Shown in pieces: positions 13,740 to 22,800 of a stretch of DNA of 64,000 bases. Every line of letters starts with the position of its first letter. Within the stretch, counting starts at the first letter, position 1. This DNA comes from Macrostomum lignano. Its lineage: Eukaryota. The notes beneath the pieces are model-generated. The model had not been told where the DNA came from and did not search any database. It saw only the letters and a list, made by a program, of their open reading frames with translations. The DNA is taken from positions 62,001 through 126,000 of the forward strand of contig NIVC01000921.1 in NCBI GenBank assembly GCA_002269645.1, read 5' to 3'. Position numbers and translations under genes: made by a program.

Positions 13740-13975
13740 GGTGATGGTGTTCTTTGTATGGTCGTGTCGGGCGTCTTGTTCACTTGCAGTTTCTCCCAGG
13801 CTTCCATTTGACTGACGCGTTGTTTAATCCAGTTCCTCCAGTCTTCGCGATCTAAGAACATCCGTTAAACCTCCATCGGGTCTAGGCCTCCTTCCCTAAG
13901 TACGCTCGTAGCTTCTTCTTTTGGTATAATTTCCAGACCCCGGAACCATCCGAGTACGGCTCTTTTCGCTATCAA
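13740..13975 (-). mobile_element. Decayed 3' end of a non-LTR retrotransposon ORF2 (RTE-like)
   Basis: Minus strand reads LIAKRAVLGWFRGLEIIPKEEATSVLREGGLDPMEV*RMFLDREDWRNWIKQRVSQMEAWE. This resembles the post-RT C-terminal 'K.AVLGW...LREAG.D...DR..WR..V..R' pattern and has one in-frame stop. Judged by eye. Confidence 0.5.
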
Positions 13976-14704
13976 GTACGGGCGTACTGAGCATACGAGT
14001 ATCTTCTATCGTCGGTGTGCTTACGATGCAGTAAAGTGTTAAACGTTTAACGTTTAACACTTGGCCTGGATCGGGATAATATGAATAAATCAACTTCACA
14101 GAGGTGAATAAATCATGTTTAATACGGTTCAGAGGTAACAACAATCGTCTTCAAGCAAATCACTTCCTCGCAAATGAACTCTTTAAATCTCTGCCAAACT
14201 CAAAACCGATAGAGGTACTTCATGCCAATCAAATAATCAAGTTAATCCCCTCTACGGAGGCCCAAAAAAGTTCTCCCCCCGGCGACGTCGAAATCGAATC
14301 AGCGCCGGCTGCGCCGAAACTCGACATCCGAGCTTCTCTTGACTTCTCTCTGTAGCTTGGCTGATTTTTCATTCAACTCTCATGCTAATTGATGGAGGCC
14401 TAAACACAGTGCATGAACTCTTGTATATAACTGGGACTAAAGCAAATGCTAATTCAACAGAGAAAATGATCGGGACAGAGCGACATCAAGAAAAAGAAAT
14501 TCAATGCCACACAAATCAATCCAACATCGGTCGTCAATTATTTTGTTTTATAATCGCGGCGCATCGAGCCGGAAAACGCAAAAAGAGAGAGAGAATATGC
14601 GGGGAAAGTTGCAATTGGTTAAAAAGAATATTGCTTTTGCTTTCTAGTTTTGCATTGATGCAGTCAAACCAGCCAGTGATGCATTTGTCAGCTGTGCCAC
14701 TGTG

Positions 14705-15460
14705 TCAGTTCTCTGCCGGGCACTCGCCGTAAAGATTGACGCTGCGTTTGTTGCTTGGCTGCGACTTGAAACTGCTGCGTCTGGCCGCCTGACTGCGACT
14801 TGTCGCTCCGTTGGCCGGTCGAGTGCTCGACCACGACCCTTGTTTGGAGTTGGCCGCATTGCTCGGCTCCTCGTTCTGCGACGGCGGCGGGCAGGGTGGA
14901 GGGCAAGGCGGAGGGCAAGGCGGAGGGCAAGGCGGAGGGCAAGGCGGAGGGCAAGGCGGAGGGCAAGGCGGAGGGCATTTCGGCGGCGGCGGCGGGCATT
15001 TCGGCGGCGGCGGGCATTTCGGCGGTGGTGGGCATTTTGGCGGCGGCGGAGAATTTGGATTTGGCATCGCGCACGAGCACTTCCTGTTGGTGTCGGAGTT
15101 GGCCTTCTTCTGCTGTTCAGCAGCGTTGCAGCCTGGTCGACAGTTGCCTGCTGGCAGTCGCTCCTGCGGCTTCGGCTGCCGCGGCTCCGTGTACAGCAGC
15201 AGTAGGCCCGGCTTTGGCATCGGGTTGGCCGCCTCCTGCTCCTGCGGTTGCTGCTGCTTGCTATTCAGACTGCACGGAGTTTTGCATCGGCTAGCCATGG
15301 CTCTGGGCAGAATTCGCTTTAGTAGTGCACTGACGGGACTGCTGGGCACTAGAGAGCTTTGATTTGGTAGCTGGCTGCAGACTCGGCCTCGGCTCTCAGC
15401 TCCCTTAGCAGAGTCGGTGACTGTTCTCCATTCTTTGTCTGTCGATACTTGCGCGACCAT
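14705..15460 (-). CDS. Orphan Cys/Pro-repeat protein ((PKCPPP)n-(CPPP)n), up to 251 aa, intronless
   Basis: Long ORF with non-repetitive GC-rich flanks on both sides of the repeat. A stronger Kozak ATG (gccATGg) at 15298 would give 197 aa. Confidence 0.6.
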   Translation of the reverse strand: MVAQVSTDKEWRTVTDSAKGAESRGRVCSQLPNQSSLVPSSPVSALLKRILPRAMASRCKTPCSLNSKQQQPQEQEAANPMPKPGLLLLYTEPRQPKPQERLPAGNCRPGCNAAEQQKKANSDTNRKCSCAMPNPNSPPPPKCPPPPKCPPPPKCPPPPPKCPPPCPPPCPPPCPPPCPPPCPPPCPPPCPPPSQNEEPSNAANSKQGSWSSTRPANGATSRSQAARRSSFKSQPSNKRSVNLYGECPAEN

Positions 15461-15734
15461 AGACTATTTGTGACAGAATGGTCTATAATTTCGCTTCATA
15501 GAGTGTACTTTTACAAGATTACGCTCGTATATCAGAAACATAAAGTAGCTAGAAACATAATCAGTACATGTAGCTAACACCATACTCAATTATGATAATT
15601 CTGCATATTTGAACACCCATCACGGCGAATGTGACTTCATCTTACACCAAATGCAACAAGCATGCACAAGCACTAGCGCGAGCTATTACTAGAAGTAGCT
15701 TCAGTAAGATAATAGATCTGGAAAGGGTGTAGTG

Positions 15735-16995
15735 TACAGAGCTCCTACTGTGGGGGTATAGGAGGGCTCCTACTGAAGGGGTATAGGAGGGCTCCTACTG
15801 AGGGGGTATAGGAGGGCTCCTACTGAAGGATGCACACTGTACAGATCTCCTACTGAAGGGGTGTAGGAGGACTCCTACTGAAGGATGCACACTGTACAGA
15901 GCTCCTACTGATAGGTGTAGGAGGACTCCTACTGAAGGATGCACACTGTACAGAGCTCCTACTGAAGGGTGTAAGAGGACTCCTACTAAAGGATGCACAC
16001 AAGGACCACTAGGAGCACTTCAAGTCTAGTAGTCCTTGGATGCACACTGTACAGAGCTCTTACTGAAGGGGTGTAGGAGGACTCCTACTGAAGGATGCAC
16101 ACTGTACAGAGCTGCTACTGAAGGGGTATAGGAGGGCTCCTACTGAGGGGGTATAGGAGAGCTCCTACTGAGGGGGTATAAGAGGGCTCCTTCTGAAGGG
16201 GTATAGGAGGGCTCCTACTGAAGGGGTGGGTGTAGGAGGACTCCTATAGAAGGATGCACACTGTATATACAGAGCTCCTAATGAAGGGTGTAGGACTCCT
16301 ACTGGAGGATGCACACTGTACAGAGCTCCTACTGAAGGGGTGTAGGAGGGCTCCTACTGAAGGGGTGTAGGAGGGCTCCTACTGAAGGGGTGGGTGTAGG
16401 AGGGCTCCTACTGAGGGGGTATAGGAGGGCTCCTGCTGAAGGGGTATAGGAGGGCTCCTACTGAGGGGGTATAGGAGGGCTCCTACTGAAGGGGTGTAGG
16501 AGGGCTCCTACTGAAGGGGTGGGTGTAGGAGGGCTCCTACTGAGGGGGTATAGGAGGGCTCCTGCTGAAGGGGTATAGGAGGGCTCCTACTGAGAGGATA
16601 TAGGAGGGCTCCTACTGAAGGGGTATAGGAGGGCTCCTACTGAGAGGGTGGGTGTAGGAGGACTCCTACTGAAGGATGCACACTGTACAGAGCTCCTACT
16701 GAAGGGTGTAGGAGGACTTCTACTGAAGGATGCACACTGTATATACAGAGCTCCTACTGAAGGGTGTAGGAGGACTTCTACTGAAGGATGCACACTGTAT
16801 ATACAGAGCTCCTACTGAAGGGTGTAGGAGGACTTCTACTGAAGGATGCACACTGTATACATATACAGAGCTGCTACTGAAGGGGTGTAGGAGGACTCCT
16901 ACTGAAGGATGCACACTGTATATACAGAGCTCCTAATGAAGGGTGTACGACTCCTACTGGAGGATGCACACTGTACAGATCTCCTACTGAAGGGT
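15735..16995. repeat. Composite minisatellite (gagggctcctactgaaggggtatag and ggatgcacactgtacagagctcctactg units)
   Basis: Two related unit types interleaved. Confidence 0.92.
16000..16038. mobile_element. 39-bp TIR mini-element with 8-bp target-site duplication (hAT-like signature)
   Basis: CAAGGACCACTAG-gagcacttcaagt-CTAGTAGTCCTTG (12/13 inverted match), flanked by gatgcaca at 15992-15999 and 16039-16046. Confidence 0.7.
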
Positions 16996-17457
16996 GTAGA
17001 GGGCTTGCACTTTGGGGGTTAGAAGGCTTTATTTAACCGTAGGGTGTCGAGAGCTTTTGATGATAGAAAATAAAAACGCAGACAATAACTTTATTTACTA
17101 AGTAACTCACACAGAAGATGAATGGAAAAAAGTTTTAGCTAGTTGCTAATTTTAAAATGTATTTTACGCGACAAATTAAACTATTGATTACAACAAATTT
17201 GATACATTGTGTAGCAAGCATCATATGCACGAGTGTAAACAGCATAAAGAGCGTTAGCAATACCGGTTAATGCTGCTTTAAAAGCACAAATTTGAATACT
17301 ACTTTACTGACTTTTTTACAGTACGCGGCCTATAACATGATGGAGGCAGATATTACTAAAGATTAAAGTAATTTATGAGTCCAATTTTACTGCTATTAAA
17401 GTAGCGATGCCAATTCAATGCCTTCATTAGCAGCTACTGAAACTGCCTTAAAATGGT

Positions 17458-18267
17458 TCACTCTGCGGCCTTCTCCGTCTCCATGGGAACGTCCTTCAGC
17501 TGCGGCTGCTCCCGAGCTGCCGGCGCCTCGAACGGCGCCTCGATGCACAGCCGGCCATCGTGGCTGAGCTTGCTCACCACCTGGTCCAGCTTGGTGCCGT
17601 CGGGCAGCTGGTAGATTCGCTCCAGCCGCTTGTGGACCCGCTGCCCGCCGGCCTCCTCCTTGTGCTCCGCCTCCACCAGCACGCAGTCGCCCTGCTGTCG
17701 CACGCGAATCTCGTCCGGCTTGAACTCGCGCACCGACAGCTCCGCCTTGAACCGCTTGCTGCCATCGTCCGCCTCCACCAGCTGGCCGGACCCCTCAGAC
17801 TGCAGGTCGCCTCGCAGCAGGCCGCGCAGCTCGTCCCACACGGAGTCGCCCTGAGGTTTCTGCTGCTGCTGCTTCAGCTGCTGCTGCTTCTGCTGCTCTT
17901 TGAACGGCGCCTGCAGCACCAGCATGCCGTCCCGGGTGAAGCCGCTGTTCAGCTTCTCTGCGTCCACTTCCTCCGGCAGCTCCACCGTCCGCTTCACCTC
18001 CGTCACGTCCTCGCCGTTCTCCAGCCGCGCCACCACCCGCACCTTCCGCTCCTCCCGCTTCACCGACACGTCCTTCGGCGAGAAGCCGCGAAGGTCCACA
18101 GTCCGGCTCCACTGACGCGGTCGCCTCGGACCTCTGTGCCGCAGCAGCTGCACCAGCGGGTCATACTCCGGCGTCAGCCAGTCGTCCAGCTCGCTCATGG
18201 CTGCCACGAGCGGCAGAGAGTGCGAGAACGGCGTGTACACGTTGCTCGGTGCGATCCACAGAGACAT
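17458..18267 (-). CDS. Small heat-shock protein with two alpha-crystallin domains (flatworm p40/Tsp36-like), 269 aa, intronless
   Basis: Two ACDs (VDLRGFSPKDVSVK...KRTVELPEEVDAEKLNSGFTRDGMLVLQAP; LSVREFKPDEIRVR...RIYQLPDGTKLDQVVSKLSHDGRLCIEAP) joined by a Gln-rich linker. The start is placed at 18267 because the promoter lies inside the longer ORF-track call. Confidence 0.93.
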   Translation of the reverse strand: MSLWIAPSNVYTPFSHSLPLVAAMSELDDWLTPEYDPLVQLLRHRGPRRPRQWSRTVDLRGFSPKDVSVKREERKVRVVARLENGEDVTEVKRTVELPEEVDAEKLNSGFTRDGMLVLQAPFKEQQKQQQLKQQQQKPQGDSVWDELRGLLRGDLQSEGSGQLVEADDGSKRFKAELSVREFKPDEIRVRQQGDCVLVEAEHKEEAGGQRVHKRLERIYQLPDGTKLDQVVSKLSHDGRLCIEAPFEAPAAREQPQLKDVPMETEKAAE

Positions 18268-18389
18268 GCTTGCTGTGTCGCTTGTAAATGATAGAGTTTG
18301 GCGATTGATTCGCTTTGCTTGAGATTGCTTTGCTTGCGGTTGCTTTGTGTGCTCGAATCCTGCCTCACTCTCGGATCCAGCTGTCTCGC

Positions 18390-18396
18390 TTTTATA
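18390..18396 (-). promoter_or_regulatory. TATA box of the sHSP gene
   Basis: TATAAAA on the minus strand, about 125 nt upstream of the ATG and next to the HSEs. Confidence 0.75.
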
Positions 18397-18408
18397 GACT
18401 GGCACTGA

Positions 18409-18461
18409 GGAAGCTTCTCGAATTTTCTTGCCCACTGACTCATTCTGGAAATTTCTAGAAA
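18409..18461. promoter_or_regulatory. Two perfect 4-unit heat-shock elements flanking an AP-1 site
   Basis: GAAgcTTCtcGAAttTTC (18410-18427), TGACTCA (18436-18442) and TTCtgGAAatTTCtaGAA (18443-18460). Confidence 0.88.
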
Positions 18462-19815
18462 TCAAGCTGCCAACCCAAATTTAGACGGCTAAATGTTCAT
18501 ATTTCTACTGTTAGTAGATGGGGAAATATGAGCTACATGCCAGAAAAGTAATGAATTGATGCTATGCAGCTTATAGAACCCAAAGGATGGAACCAAAGAT
18601 AGCTTTAACACTATCCCAGGATATTGGTTGAATCAAGAAAGTTCTCGTTCGTTCGAGATGGAGATTATAGCAGCTAACACAAACTGAATGGTTCAGAAGT
18701 TCAGCAGAACGCAGTCCTTTGGAACGCTACTTCAAATTAAATAGCCTAGCTGCCGCGAAAGGTTATCGAAACGATCACTTTACCGGCTTGAAAAATGCGA
18801 AGCCATGTTAGTTAGCCAGCTAATCACTGCAATCAGGTAAAGTAGGAAGATATTCATAGTCAAAGTAGGAAGATGGAATTAGAACTGTTGAATTAAATGA
18901 ACGCCGCCGGCGCCTATAAGGTTAAGAGTTATGCCCGACCGAATCTGTTTATCTACTGTAGTTAGTTCATAGCAGTTCATATGAACTACTATAGTTCATA
19001 GTTTTTAGCGGTGGTAGTGATAGTGATACAGAAGGGAATTCCAGATTTAGATTTCGAAGCCCTGATGACGAAAGATCTCAGTCATTTCAATTGGCTCGTC
19101 GCTGCAGCAACGCTCTCTAAAGCACTAATATGAATCGAATTATTTGTTTACTCACAAAAAGTTAGAAACTTTAGCTCAATTTTTCATGGACTCCAATTTT
19201 GAGAAATCTTTTATTTTAAATTATAATATAAGAAAAGGTATTCAATTCACACTTCCACATATTGAGAATGTCTATAATATAAGTAGAAACAGAAGGAAAT
19301 TAAGAAAGTGTGTGAGAGAGATAGAATGAGAGGGGAATTTCACAATTTGGAGTGAAGGAGAGAAAAGAGGGAAAACGTGTACTCGCTCTAAGTAAACGTA
19401 TGGTCGATCAATTATAAATTAGCATTTAAAAGAATTATTATTAAAAAACTGCCAAAAGTCGAAATTTAAACAATATTAAAAAATATTTAAAAAATATTAA
19501 AAAATTAAAAAATATTAAAAAATTAAAAAATATTAAAAAATTAAAAACGAATACTGTAGACGTAATATAAACGATTTTGTTGATGTTTCAACTTAAAAGA
19601 CAATTTATTCTTTCTGTTACAATTTTTAGGTTTATTGATTTGTTTATACTAGTAAAAAAGGACAAATTTCAGTTTGCCGAGTGAGAGAGAGATAGAACTC
19701 TTTTTGACGACATTTCTATTTTAAGCTACATTGTCTTTTATTATACAAATTGATAATAAAGCAATCTGTGACTTGTTCTGTGTTTCAGAATTGAAAAAAA
19801 ATCACAGCAGCCGCG

Positions 19816-22800
19816 ATGGCAACAACAAAGCCATATGGTCCTAATTCACAGTCTTTAACTTTTTTTGACCTTGAAGACCCGGATGATTTACCTGCAGACA
19901 CACAAGGAACTGACTTTGAGTATAAAGATTTTACAGTCACAGCAGATTCACAATATTCTCAAAATGATGCTCTGAAATTTTCACATGGACCTCCTGGATC
20001 AACATTGGAAAGTCAAAATCAGGTAAGCCTAATGTAGGCCCTAATGCCAAAATAGGATACTAGAGAGTACCTTTATTGGCAACTCTAATCCCATGGCCAT
20101 GGCTAGAGCCAGGAAGGCAGCATAGTATGTACCAGAAAAAAAATATGGGGGATAGGGGTAGGGCAATCAATGCACTTTACTAGGCAATCTATGCAATTTT
20201 TCTATTGATTATTGCTTTATAGTAACAGTCCTTTTGATGGTTGATGGTCATTTTGTCTGCCTCTAGTTTGTCTGCCACGCTTGTCTACAAAAATACAATG
20301 CAGTCATTTTATCTGCTAACAAAATATTAAATACAATGTTAGTATTTATGTGTAGGCCTACAAATTATTAAAAGAAAATATCTAGATTGTATATCTTAAA
20401 AACACTTAGACTTAAAGTAAGATAACAAACTCATTTTTAAAAGTATGAGTTAATCTAAAAATATTATTACACAAAAGACCCTACTAAATATTGACTCAAC
20501 TTATAGGGGCCTATGCTATACTAACTTTTTGTTTATTATTAATAAACTTTCACATTATTATCATTAAATTAGATGGGGTAGGGTCAGGGATCATAACAAT
20601 GCTCGCAACAGCTAGCCAATCATAATCATATTCAATTGCAAACTACTCTGCCATCTAATTCACTAATAAACTTGCCTGTCATAAAACTTTTTTCTATAAA
20701 TGTTTAAATTAAATATTATATTTCTTTGAAATATTGCAATAAACAATTATAAAAAAAGCAGCATAGAAAAAATCTATGCATGGCTCAAAATATATTATTA
20801 AAAATAGCTTTATAAGTTATATAGCTATATTTTATTTTTTCTTTTTGAAAAGTTGTTTCATTTGCCAATAGACAATAAGGTAGCAAATGAATGACTTTGC
20901 ACCTTTTCACTAACAAATGATGATAACTCTGGTAATAGCCACTTCAGTAACAAGGGAAAATTAACAGTATGTATTTAAATTTTCTCACACTTTGAAACTT
21001 TTATATCTATATAGAAAATAGAAACTAGATAGACATATATTAAGATGTTTAAATTGTTTATAGGTGTTTTAATTAATCTATTTTAATTTTCAGATCTGCC
21101 AAATACATATAACAAAACACTATTTTTTACATCTTTGAGATGCTATTGGTGACACTTTTGAAGGTATTGAAGAGGTCCTTGGATAGGTTTATAGAAGGTA
21201 ATATACATGCGCAACTTTGGGAATTACCTGGCCATTTCTATTGGCAACATACACATGTAAGTCGCTATTGGCTGAGAGCAGTCATGTGACTACTATTCCG
21301 TCCAATAGCGACTTACATGTGTATGTTGCCAATAGAAACAGCCAAGTGAATCCCAAGGTTGCGCCCAAGCATGTAGGCCTTATATAGACTAGGGCAGTTA
21401 GCTATTTGGAGGCAAAGGCCTTAATAAGCTAGCAATGTCCATTTTGAGCCTAGAAATTGAAGCCTATAAGCTCTTTGCAAATAATATTTAGGTAAGCATT
21501 AGGATTTCAGACCTTGTCAGTGCAAAGTAGCTTGTGCTAGGTTGTCAAAGTAGGGACTAAAACTCCTAGTTCCCCTTTCGGCTAACATTGGAGCTAAGCT
21601 ACATAGTCAAGCAAGATATAATATTAGTGCAAAGAGTAGGTCAAGTTGAGAGGTATCTAAAAATAGGCAATTCCAGGTACTATGGGCTTGTGATAATCTA
21701 GAATTGGCATTGCCCAAAAGGTTGGCAAAAGTGAAAAGTGTAGCCAGTGGGATAGTGGAAATGGCTGAGCATTTTCAGCTTGCAATTGAGATGGCCCTGG
21801 AGCTGGGCCATGGTAGGCACAAGATGTAACTTATTGGCAATGCAGATATTTTAGATTTTGATCTAGAACTGGAGCAGAAAGTGGTTTCAAAGTGTGTAAA
21901 TATGGCTGTCATAGGTGCAAGCAAGCTTACCTAGGTGGAGTAGCTAGCCAGTGGTAAGATAGAAAGCATCAGTGAAATTCTCCAGCTTGTCTAGGCCAGA
22001 GGTAGAGCTATAATAGAGAGCAAAAAATGTTAGAAGACATTTTTCTGCTTCTAAGCATTGGCAGAGTTGGCCAAGAGGATGCTGCAAGCTTTAGCAAAAG
22101 TGTTGGGCTGGCAAACATTGAGTGCGCCAAGCTTCTAGAATGCCAAGCCAGAGAGAAGACTGCAGAGTGCCTTGAGCTTATGGATATCACTAGGTGTGGC
22201 TTTGTCAATATGGTGAATAAATTCCACTTTTAATCTAGGGAATTTAATTAATCCATGTTATTGAAAGTTAGTAGCTAGACTTTCTATTAGATGGCCAAGC
22301 TAATAAGGCTAGCTAGATTGCAGTCTTTAGGAGCAAGCAGCGTGACCAATGCCAATGTGGATATTGCATTAGCTGCAAGCTACTGCATGAGCTGCTGGTT
22401 TTGTTGCATCATGTTAGTCATTATAGTCAAGAGGGCACTAATATTGATTGAGGCAGTGGGAGCTACTATAAAGATCAAAGTTGTAGAAGGAGCAGTGGGA
22501 AAAATAAATGTTGTGGTTACTGAAGCAGTTAGTAGTGGGTCATTGGCTTTGACATGCAGCTGCTCCACTTAAATAAAGGCTGTACTATAGTAATTCTGTG
22601 ATTATTAGATCTGGTTGCTAGATAGGTCAGTTGTTAATCACATGATGACCATGGTAATGTTGACATTGCTACCAATTTGTCAAAGTTGACAATAAAATAA
22701 TATGAGAACAAGCAGTTAGTAGAGAAAGAATTAGTAAAAGAGAAACAGAGGTGACAGGCTAAAGCTAAAGCCACAAGTTGAACTTGTATTTATACTAGCA

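Noticed and set aside
14811-15362. Plus-strand Gly-rich ORF (GGQG/GGHFGG)
   Set aside because: Antisense shadow of the CPPP ORF, with a non-ATG start in the track and shorter flanks. Only stranded RNA-seq can exclude it formally.
18268-18465. 66-aa N-terminal extension of the sHSP in the ORF track
   Set aside because: It overlaps the TATA box and HSEs, so it lies upstream of the probable transcription start.
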